Shown here: in pieces, positions 28,601 to 40,600 of the stretch
How positions within the stretch are numbered: the first letter of the stretch is position 1
Layout: every line of letters begins with the position of its first letter
DNA from: Ophelia neglecta
Lineage: Eukaryota
Direction: 5' to 3'
DNA: 64,000 bases
NCBI GenBank assembly: GCA_965285935.1
Contig: OZ260663.1
Location: forward strand, 84,382,001-84,446,000
The notes under the pieces: generated by a model
The model's database searches: none
Told to the model about the DNA's origin: nothing
What the model saw: only the letters and a program-made list of their open reading frames with translations
Program-made: the position numbers and the translations under genes

Positions 28601-31600
28601 ATAAGCTGTCTTAGTCCAAAAACATACAACCTACAGCCTTTTCTAGTACACCTAAAGTTTTGTGTTTGCCCACGTGATGCAGATGACTTAATTTTAAAGC
28701 CTGGGGACTTTGATTTGTAGTTCATTCAGTGTCTGTGCCAGTGTTAAAGACAGTTGTCTTGAAGTGCTGTTCTCTGTGTCTGTGTCATTGTACATTTTAT
28801 ATGTTTGGATATATTGTTGCTGTCTGTGGTCATGCAGGATGCACAAACATGGGATATGTATCTGATAGATCTGTTCCCTTTCCCGTATGTTATTTATCTC
28901 TTCCTCTTCGGTGCATAAAGTTGAACCCAGAGTCATGTTTTTGTAAACATTTACCCGCTAGTACTGTCATTTGTGTAGATGTTTTTGTACACATTTACTG
29001 GCTAGTACTGTCATTTGTGTACACTTCAGTTTTGACTGGATATAGTTTAGTACACTTTCAGATATTTATTTGATGCAAAAACATGCCACTATATCTAAAT
29101 GATAATAATATATGTATATGTACATCTTCTCTATATACTTTGTGTTGATACATGTTGCTATATAAATGTGTCGCTTTTTATTTTCAATATATTTAATGCA
29201 AGTAAACTTGAATGATCATGAATTCAAACATGTATATGTTTTGCTATTTTAAAAAATTGTATTTATTAAAATTCCTAATTTTTATATGAATCAAATTTTA
29301 ATTACTGCTTTTAATGTGGTTAGTTTGATAAATAAGCTTGTTTTTCAGAGTATACCGTCTGCAGCAGCGTTGGGCCAGTTTGAACTCTAGCGTAGAGAAT
29401 GACCTGGCCCCGCGCCTCAGCTCGCGGACCTTCATGCAGGAAGGCACCCACACCCTCACCACCACCACAGACATCACGGAAACCCGCCTCCTTCAGAACA
29501 ATGCTGCCTTTCGACATGCGCAGGACGTCTTCGAATGGATACAGAACAAACAGGTTAGTAAACAAACAATACAATGTCAAGACTAAAGTGTTTACTTTCT
29601 CACATTTTAATTTTACAAATAACAATAGTGTCCAAACTGAAACTTTGGAAAAAAAAAAAGCCAAGCAAGTAACTATTTGTTGAAAGTAAATATATAACAT
29701 CTTGTTACATGTATAATTTGTAAAATTTAATATCTTTCATAAAGTATGGTTATGATTGAATATTCCTTTAACCCTTTTCATGCAAGGTACTAGCTGCATC
29801 CAACTAATATATCACTAGTAGGCACTATTTCCTGGGAAGAAAAATGTTCAGTCATGTAGTGTTGTTTATGTACATATATGCCCTGAATAAAGGTCCCCGG
29901 AGGTCTGTTCCGTCATGTTCACTAGGTGGCGCATCATGTATGACGCCGACCCACCTGACAATACTGGTAGTGTTAAAATTCAAAATGGTGATAAGTGGAA
30001 AGTGGAAAGCAGACCGTGAATGTAATAAGTTAACATACTGATATATCGAAGTGGACAGTGACTTTTTGCCGGAAAAAAATTGAAGTAACAGGATTATAAC
30101 AATTCAGAATTGTGAAAGCAGAACTTTGAAACTAACAGCCGAGATGATTATGTTAGATGCACCAATGTTCCAGGCAGTAAAATTTTAAGAACTAAAAAAT
30201 TTATAGTTTACAGCGATTATCGGCTTACAATTCCATAACACATTTGTTGTTGTAAACAGCCGAATTTATTAACCATACTTTCTCACAGATATCGCTAATC
30301 TCGCGCGATTATGATACAACTTGGTGGCCGTGCCTAGCAGTTGTACATGGCGAATAGGCTTTGTTGCCTAGTAGTTAAATTATCTCCGGGGTCCCCTATT
30401 GGTAACCTGGAAAATATTTATTCACTCAGCAGGGGTGTGGGTAGGATATGTACATATTGTTTAATCATCCTGATTTATAAGAGCCCTTTCCCTTAGTAAT
30501 AGTAAGCAAATCTGGCTATTTAGCATAACAGATTCATACATGTGTTTTCTTTACAAGTGTGATAGGTAATGTTTCAGTATTTCAGTTATGGTAAGGTATT
30601 TTATATTGGATTAATTGTTGATTGATACAGATTGAAGTAGAGAACACTGGTTATGGCAATGACCTGGACTCGACCCGGGATGCTCTCGAGTTCCACCGAC
30701 ACGTCCATGGCGAGATTGTGGACTTTAAGAAGGAGGTGGACCGTTGTGCTGGTGACCGACGTGCCTTCAGCGGAGAGGAGCTCCGGCTGTTTAACCAGCA
30801 CCTCTCCAGGGTGGAACTCGCCTACTCCCAGCTGGCTGTGAGTACTACAACTACTACTCCCGTGGCAGACAATGATGCCCTTGCTTGTAGCACTGTTAAT
30901 AGTACAATAAAGGGTTGCATTCTTCAGTGAACAAATTCATATGTTTATAAAAAAAAGGGACAGACTGTTCTTAAGGCGCTTTGAATGATTTTGCACCATT
31001 TATATACTTACAATATTCTTGTCACAAGTGCCCATGCCTCAATAAGCCCCAGCCTCCATTTTTTTCTGGCCAAATCTCCCAATTTGACCCTTTTCACTAG
31101 ATTTTTGGGGATTTTAAACTTGAAAATACCTACTATGTATTCAAGTGTCCTTGGTGCTTATTACAGAGAATATGGTAGGCAAATTTCTTTGTTTGGAGTC
31201 AGTGACTCCAGCTTTCAGTTGTGTGGGTCTATGGTGTTTTGGTTTGTAATCTCACAATCTGAGATGTTTAAAGTTGAACAGCAGGCTAGAGTTTCAGGCA
31301 AAATAGTAAACATACGAGTATTTGGTAGATAGTCATTCCACAAAAGTGTTGATAGAGCTTCATTACAGTGAATGGCAAGTGAATGGTGTAAGTGGCTAAA
31401 GGTTAACAGAATGATGTAAAATCAGGTTATAATGGGACAAAAATGGCTGGCCCCTGTTGTTCTTAAATAAAAGATAAAATACATGTGTATGCTTGCTGTT
31501 CACAAAATGGGAGTGGAGAACATTTCACTGTTACACTATCTATGTAGAAATCAAAACAAGCTGCAGTTGAAAAATCAAACGTGTAGTATGATGTCAACAG

Positions 31601-34600
31601 TAAGATTATGTATAACTACACTCCTTGTTGGTCTGGCTGGGTGTAACTACAGAATCTATAGATTTCTGTAGCAAATCATAAGAAAGCGGAAAGCCCCTTG
31701 CTCCACTAATTCATTGGGCCCTCAGCCATTAGTCATGCAGTAATTTCCCCAAATGTCTATTTGAATGGTGATATGAGAGTTTTTCCTTGTTAATTTTGTT
31801 AACGTTGTACATTTCAGTCGGGTTCCACCCGCCGTCTTCAAGCCCTGGAGTCTCTCCTCGTCTTTATGGAGAGAGGCACTCAGGAATTGATCTGGCTCAA
31901 CGAGAAGGAAGAAACCGAAATCTCCCGAGACTGGAGCTCTAAAGGACTGGCCATTCAGGAGATCGAGGAATACTACGAGGTGAGAGACTGACAGGACTCC
32001 GTGTTCTCATCCTATCAATATCATTGTTAGAAAGGGCTGCTCAGAAGTATTGGGCAAGGGATTTGGAGCTAAATTAAAGGCACCCAAAGTCCACCCCACC
32101 CCACTCCTTCCCAGTTCCATGACAGAATAATCAACCATTACCTAAATTTTTAGGTACACCTCCTCCTTTTAACCCAAAGTCAGTATATTTAAAGGATCTG
32201 ATATGGTAAACTTTAACCTCCTGAAAGTTAAAGAAAATCGTCAGCACCCCTTGACATATTAAGTTCTGAAAAGAGGGATACATTAACTTCTTCAGTAGGG
32301 AATCTACTGAGGGAAACAATTCCAAATGGACCTTTCTGTAAACACCACCTTTTTCTTACTCAGTATTTTCTGGTCAGTCCTAACTACCTTATATATTGTG
32401 ACATGTTACTGTGCACTGTACCCGTGTATAATTAAACCATATTTCATATGCATCATATTTCTGCCTCATCTCTAACACTGAAGTAGTACAGTCATCAGAC
32501 ACTAATGTTCATATCACCGTTCTCCAGTTAATGTAGCCCAGGGCCACTTTTAGAAATCACCAACTCATGTAGATTTGCAGGCCTAGACTGCATAGTTTTA
32601 GATACAGCTATCAGAAGAAGCAGAATATTAGCTGTACTTTGTCATGGCTTATTTGTTGTGCATTGTGAAAAAATAGTTCCGTTTTCAAATTTGCACCCTA
32701 CCTAGTATTGTTCAGTTTGTTAAAATGAATAAACACTGATTTCATTTCTCAAATTCTTTGTAATCTTTTGTGACTTCAATGCTTTTTGAATACTCCAAAA
32801 GAAGGATTGTTGCCTGTATATATGAGTATTGTCCTTTTTCATGTACTATAATCATGAATAATTCGAGTATGAAATAAAAATTAATTACATGTTACTCTAC
32901 TCAGTTGGAGGCAGGCAACCCTCCAATAACTATATCAAATGCAGTGAGAAGTTTTAGTTAAGAGTGTGCAGCATGTCAGTACCTGTATTAATATGAAGGT
33001 ATATGGATATTCGTTTCCAGCGCGGCTATCCCCGATCTAAGGTTTGATAATTATCATGCATGTCATGTGACCGTCTGTTGAATTTCAGTTTGGAGATTTT
33101 CCTGTTAAGCATTTGTATTGTTGTACCAGTTGTCCCAAAGCCTCCCCCCCCCAAATATTATTTGCTGACCCCCCCCCCCCCCCCCTGGTTTGTAGATGTA
33201 TGGCCATAATTGCTGTTTTTACCCAAGTGTTATGATAGTCATACACCACCTTGTCAGTAGTGATTGGGTTTTATTAGATTGTACGTATGATAATCAGACA
33301 GCTAATAGGGCCGGTTATTGCAGTTAATCTGGTGATATGATGTCAAAAGTGTGTTTCATCACTGCATGCCTGTTTGTGCTGTTCATCAACGACGTCTGTA
33401 AGGAAGGTGTGACAAGCATTCTCAGCACAAACCTTGTACCTTAACTGAGAAATTTGGACATGTTGGCTGCCGCACAATGTGCATGTATAGGTACATCTTG
33501 CGTTCAGAATGCATGTCTTACATTCCCTAATAACAGAAGCAGTCATTCTGTACCCTGCAATCACTAAGACCATATGGCTAGCACTAGCCATCATCAGCTA
33601 TGGTACAAACCACAGTCATTCTGTACCATGTAATCACTTAGACCATATGGCTTGCACCAGCCATCATCAGCTATGGTACAAACCACAGTCATTCTGTACC
33701 ATGTAATCACTTAGACCATATGGCTTGCACCAGCCATCATCAGCTATGGTACAAACCACAGCCATTCTGTACCATGTAATCACTTAGACCATATGGCTTG
33801 CACCAGCCATCATCAGCTATGGTACAAACCACAGCCATTCTGTACCATGTAATCACTTAGACCATATGGCTTGCACCAGCCATCATCAGCTATGGTACAA
33901 ACCACAGTCATTCTGTACCATGTAATCACTTAGACCATATGGCTTGCACCAGCCATCATCAGCTATGGTACAAACCACAGCCATTCTGTACCATGTAATC
34001 ACTTAGACCATATGGCTAGCACCAGCCATCATCAGCTATGGTACAAACCACAGCCATTCTGTACCATGTCATCACTTAGACCAGATGGCTAGCACCAGCC
34101 ATCATCAGCTATGGTACAAACCACAGCCATTCTGTACCATGTCACCACTTAGACCAGATGGCTAGCACCAGCCATCATCAGCGGTCATACAAACTGGATA
34201 GTACAAGCCTAATTGAAATTAAGCAACACAAAAAACATACAAAGTTGAGGAGTAATGTTTGGACCACACACACCAGAGTAGAAGCTCTTCCAAAGGCAAA
34301 CCAAATTGTAAACAATATTTTGGGGCATTTTGTTGTGTATTGGGTGAATATTCTTTGTAAATTTTATATCAGTTTCTCTGATTGCTAATCCACTTTCATA
34401 ATTAAGAACTTGATTATCGATTAATCTTTTGTTATTATCGATGATCGACCAATCACTACGTGTCAAAATGATAATGCCTGGAGCACATTTGAGCTTTGTC
34501 GGCCATTTATTTGCATGATCTTTAACCTACTATTGTTATTTAAAAACTGTTAGCTAATTTGTAGTCTCATCTCATAAGATCTATGTAATAGTGCCATGTA

Positions 34601-37600
34601 GATGTATTTTTACATTTATATGGAAATTAGTCTTTTGTTGCATTATACAGTAATAATAAGACTTGTTTTTTCCTCGGTAGCTCTTGCTAAGCATGTCAAT
34701 GGTAATGCACGTCGTTATTAAGACGGTAGATTATGTATATCGGAGGATGTTGTTTTCCCTTGCTTGGTTTACATGTTCGCTTGTTGTAGCGGTAGTTATT
34801 TTACCAGACAGGTCCACTAGATTCCTGTAGATCTATTTGAGTTATATGTTATAACATTGCATGATTGACGTTGAGTTATGTAGTTAACTTAGCACCTTTT
34901 TAATGTTTAGGATTGACAGAGACAGGACAGATAGCTTATTATAAATGTCTTTCGCTTTGTGCATAAATAAATTCACTATTTGTCTCACCATAACATAAAT
35001 CACACATACCCCTGGTAATTATCATGATCACCCTTTCCCATTGCAAATTTGGTGCTTTTGAACTTGCAGCTCTCAAATTATTGATACCATTAATGTTGTG
35101 AGATGTATTTATGTTTTGGTTGTGTTGGCACAGAGTTTGATGGGTGAGTTGGAGCAGAGAGAGACCCAGTTTGCCAGTGTTCAGGACAGGGGCGAGGCCC
35201 TGGTGATGGACCGACATCCGGCGGCGAAGACCATCGAGGCGTACATGAACGCCATGCAGACCCAGTGGTCCTGGCTGCTACAGCTCAGCATGTGTCTAGA
35301 GACACACCTGAAACATGCCACCCAGTACTACCAGGTCAGTTTACTACTTCAGGTCTCCAGGCTCCTTCTCCTCCCCATACTACTTCAGGGCTCTCCAAAC
35401 CACAAGTAAACAGTAGATCTCCTATTGCCGACCATTATACTGTTTAATTTTTAAAACCATGCGCAAAACATTCTTTTAGTAATAAGTCAAACATAATTTA
35501 TGTTTCAACAAGACCTTGTAGTGTATTGTTTTGTCTCGAAATACTTTGCAATCATTTAAGCATAAATTTCTTCAAATTGATGACTAGTTGAGTTTACATG
35601 AGTTATGCTAACAGTAGTTTAGGCTTTAAGATCTGTTCCATGATACATACAAGCATTTTCTAAAATTTACACATTCAAATATGATTTAGGAATTGATTGT
35701 CAATTATTACATATTAGAATGTGATTTAGGATTTGATTGTCGTTTATGTGTTGATTTCTATGCTACAGTTTTACAACCAAGCCCATGAAGTGGAGCAGTG
35801 GATTCAGAAACAGGCCCAGTTACTAGACTCCTACTACAACAGATCTGAGATCAGCCCCGACGAGGGAGAGAAACTACTCAGGGAAATCTCTGTAAGTTAC
35901 ATGTACTACTCTCATCAGGGAGACCAACTTCTCAGGCTAAGTTACGTGTACTACTCTCATCAGCGGAACACTACTCAGGGAAATAAATCTGTTAGTTACA
36001 AGTACTACTCTCAACAGGTAGAGAACTACTTGGGGAAATATCAGTGAGTTCCATATACTACTCTCATCTGGGAGAGAAACTAAGAAAATTCTCTGTAAAC
36101 TATGTAAACTACTCTCATCACCAGTATACATTTATCTCATTATTTATGGAACCATAGTTTAGTTTTCACCATGCTCAAATGGTTATGAAAAATGATACAA
36201 TCACATGTGTATCAGAAAGTCACAAAATGAAACTTTATCAACACAGCTGATCCCAGCATTGAGCCCAAAATTTTAAGTCATACATATAATTAATTTATAT
36301 AGAGAGCAAGAGTCTTGTGAACATAACAAACAGCTCTTTACTTTTGGAGCTGTATCTACAGTGACTGTATATATATATATATTTAACAGTATTTGATTAT
36401 TGTTTCAGGAGATGTGTGATAGGCTGGGAGAGTATGAGGGTATGGTCCAGACATTGAAGGGCAAGTCATCTGAGACAGTACCCCTCAAACAGAGAAACCA
36501 GAGACACTTTAGAGAGGTCAAACTCCAGGCCCTCTGCTCCTATAAACAACTCAATGTTAGTTAAATCACTCAATCCACACACTGTTTTATTATCCTTGAG
36601 AAACTGTGCCATCTGTCCCAAATACTCTTAAATGTAGAGTATCTTAATTCTGACCACTATAAACTTACCTTCAATGCCTATCACAATATTTTGCTATAGT
36701 ATCTATTTGCTAATTGCTGTTATCACAGTCTGCTAACAATAAACATATTCTCTGTGTTTTTCGTAGTATTATGCTAGGCTTAATATTTATTTTAAACGTA
36801 GTGTGTGTGGCAGAGGGTTATTTATTACTGTGTCATCACTGTTGGTGTGTTTCAGATGAGTATTTCAAAAGGAGAGGTGTGTGTACTGATCGACAATAGC
36901 CAGAAAGTCAAGTGGCGAGTGAAAAATTCGACGGGTCAGGAAGGACTTGTCCCCGCTGTGTGCTTCCTGATTCCCCCACCCAACAAAGATGCCATAGAAT
37001 TCGCAGATCAGTGAGTCGTGTTAATTGAGATTTGATACTTCAACTGATGAAGCTCAGAATTTTAGCTTCTTAGTGAATATCCCAGGAAAGTTGGCAATAT
37101 AAGTATTTCCCCTTGTTTGGTAACAGCAGGATGCCATTAGTTTCAGTTCTATATTGTGTCTAAAACAAAGTTATTGCAAAAAACATTATTTAATATTTTC
37201 TTCTCTTATCAGCGTAAGGTATCCCATGATATTCGTTCTGTGAATGTCATATTAAAATAACGTATTTTATGAAGCCCCACATTTAGCAAGCTGTTAGCAA
37301 ACTTTTGTTTGAAGTACATATTATGACTCTGTTACTGTAGGTTACATCGGGATTTGGAGAGAATAAAATCCCTGTGGCGTGAACGCCAGCGCCAGCTCAA
37401 GCACCAAATGATCTTTGCCACGATCCGTGTGATAAAGTCGTGGGATGTGTCCACATTCCAAGCCCTGGGACCCGCCCAGAGGGAGTCCATACTGCGTGCT
37501 GTGAACGAAGACGCAGAGAAGCTCATGTCAGAGTATGGCCCTCGCGACCCGGCCGCCAGACAACTAAGGGATGAGATGAACAAGTGTAACCAGGTAAATA

Positions 37601-40600
37601 AACTCAATCTATAACAAGTATAACCAGGAAGGCAGACTCAATCTATTATATTATTCCTTTATATAGTACTTTTTCGGTCTAAGACCCTTGATACACCTTG
37701 ATGAATTCATTGTACAATAACTGGGGCAGTGCAAAAAATCAACTTGAAAATGATTTCAAAACAAGGCAGATGTTATGCTTATCATTGCTCTCTTTCCTTT
37801 AATAATAGATGCACGAGGAATAAGTAGTATAGTATTTTTAGTGAATGCTGTTCTAATGCAATTTGCCAATAGTGCCCACTTGGGTACTAAATCTGGAGAA
37901 GTATGAATGTAAGTAGCATATTGATTGTGAGATGGGTTGTCTTTGATAGTAACTTACAATTCATTCTATGTAGATATTTGCTGAGCTATCAGCCCTAGTT
38001 GCCCAGGAGGCTATGAGACCCAGTCCTAGTATGGACCTGGTAGAACAGCTGGAGAGACTGGGTATAGACCTGTCTGATCTGGAGAGGCTCCTCACTGCCA
38101 GACTACAGGAGTCCCTGCCACAGAACCCCCAGGAGGTCCACAGAACTAGGAACACTCACAAGGTAAAACACACATCTCACATGTTACCAGCAAACATACT
38201 AAAAACAAGACCTCAGATACTACTCCCAAACATACTTAAACAAGACCTCAGATACTACTCTCAAACATACTTAAACAAGACCTCAGATACTACTCTCAAA
38301 CATACTTAACACAAGGTAAAACACACTTGTCTTATAGTACACTGAAACATACTACAAGGTAAAACACGCTCATGTCAGGTACTACATTCAAACATACTCG
38401 TTTTATGTGAATTTAGTTGTAGATTGGATTTGCATTTTTTGGGGTTTAGCAACACATAAGCACCATGTAGGCCATTTAGTGTCTTTAATGTAGGTATATT
38501 TCATGTTAGTATCAGAACTGTGTTTATTTGTGTTAACGTGTAGCAATGGTACCAGTGATATGTTGTTGAGCTTTATTGTGTCAAAACATTCTAGGCATAT
38601 GGAGACATTTGCTCTGATTAAAAAGCATAAGTAAAGGTTCATGAAAAGTTACTGAGTCAATAAATAGATATAAAGGGTTTTTGAAAGCCTAAAATTTTAA
38701 AAATCACTTATGTATTCGAGATCTACTACATTTTAAAGTAGTTGTTGAACATTGGTTTGTATAAATAAATACTCAATTGCTCAACTGATTCCATTACTTG
38801 AGTAAAAAATATCACTAGTATATTTGACAGGCTTTCATTGTCTATTGCATGGTTTCTAGTAAGCTGTTTGTTTTCAGGACTTTGAGAGACAGTTACAGAG
38901 CCATGAATCTGAGGTGGAGCATGTCCAGTCTCAGTACCAGTCTATCTCCCCCACTCGACGCACCCCACAGCTCGAGTCCAAGTTCAACATGGCCGTGGAG
39001 AAATGGGAGCAGCTCTGGTCTCTCTCAAAGGTCTACGTAGACAGGTAGGTCCTGCATCTAAGTGCTAATAGTAACAGGGAATAGCCGAGAAAGTATCCCA
39101 ATATTCAGTGAAACCTGCCGTAAAGACAGCCTCTATAAGTTAAGGGCCCCATGATTTTGAATTCTTATTTTATGAAGGTGTATTGTTGTTGTATTGTAAC
39201 CCTGGCACTCCCTGTTGGTTTTCAGGTTAAAGTCTGTAGATATCCTTGTGAGTGGTCTAGAGGAGCTCAATTCTGTAATCAGTGAACAGGAGCAATCCTT
39301 GGCCATGCACACCACCCTGAGTGACCGGGGTGAGCAGCTGGCCTCCAGTCAGAGACAGCTGGCCAGCCTCCAGTCAACCGTGTCCTCCTACCAGCCCCGC
39401 CTGGAGCAGCTACACGGCGACGTGATGGCCGTCAAACAGGCTGTGGCTCGCAGTCGGGCAGGCAGCTCACGGGCACATCCCGATGTACAGAGGCTGGAGA
39501 AAGAGGCGGATGATCTGGTGTCACGCTGGGAACATCTTAACATACAAGTCAATGACAGGTAGGCCATCGTAACATACAAGTAAATGACAGGTAGGCCATC
39601 TTAACATACAAGTCAATGACAGGTAGGCCATCTAAACATACAAGTCAATGACAGGTAGGCCATCTAAACATACAAGTCAATGACAGGTAGGCCATCGTAA
39701 CCTACTAGTCAATGACAGGTAGGCCATCATAACCTACAAGTCAATGACAGGTAGGCTCTCTTAACATGAAATAAAATGACAATTAAAAGTGACTATTAGA
39801 CTTGATCAACACACCCATAATTGGCATGTAGGGCATAGCTGCTTTCTTGGAAATAGAAAAATAAGGACACTACCATTGGCCAATATTGCTTGTTAAATGA
39901 ACGACTTTATTACGTTTTCATTGTATCAAGTGTTTTTTATGCCTCCGCCCGAAGGGGGCCGGAGGCATTATGTAGTCGGGTTGTCCGTCCGTCCGTCCGA
40001 CCGACCGACCGACCGTCCGACCGACCGACCGAAGCAACTTTAAGCAACTATAAACGGCTATAACTCCTCAGGGCTTTGAGAAATTCACTTGTGGCTTCAT
40101 GGAAGTTTGTTATGGCTAGTAGAGGATGATTTCATATTGTTTTCGGACCAATCGGAAAAACAAGATGGCCGCTACGATTCATCGGGTAAGGTTTGTATGT
40201 CGGACGAAATCTCTTGAACGGATGAAGGGATTTTTCTGAAACTTCATGGAAGTCTTCTTTTAGACATTGCGGTGTGCTGAAAAGGTTTTGGGCAAGATCG
40301 GAAAAACAAGATGGCCGCCGAGGGCAATAATTTAGAAATGCATTAACATGGAATCTTTTGGAAGCTTAACGGTGTGAAATAGGTGCATAATATGTATTGA
40401 ACACTAATAGGAAATCATATACAAGGAATCCAGTGGTGTCTTTGAATTTCACCTTGGGTTTATTTTTCAAGGTCAAATCTTAATGCTGAGAGATAGGCAT
40501 ATAAAATGTTTTGAGTACTAATAGGAAATCATACACAAGGAATCCAGTGGTGTCCTTGAATTTCACCTTTGGTTTATTTTTGTTCATATTGTTTTTGGAC

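Noticed and set aside
29890-30420. Locally CpG-richer intronic patch (ATCTCGCGCGATT) as an internal promoter or transposon
   Set aside because: I could not define termini, a TSD or a spliceable ORF.
33540-34190. 73-bp repeat as a tRNA array or CRISPR
   Set aside because: No cloverleaf or T-loop (GTTCRA) motif, and the units are contiguous copies with no unique spacers.
34681-34701. Possible 21-nt microexon (LLLSMSM), and similar 15-27-nt AG...GT segments in other introns
   Set aside because: Such segments are expected by chance, the splice signals are weak, and the insertion would fall inside a spectrin-repeat helix.
39533-39765. 32-bp periodic repeat as CRISPR
   Set aside because: Head-to-tail copies without spacers, eukaryotic intron context, no cas genes.
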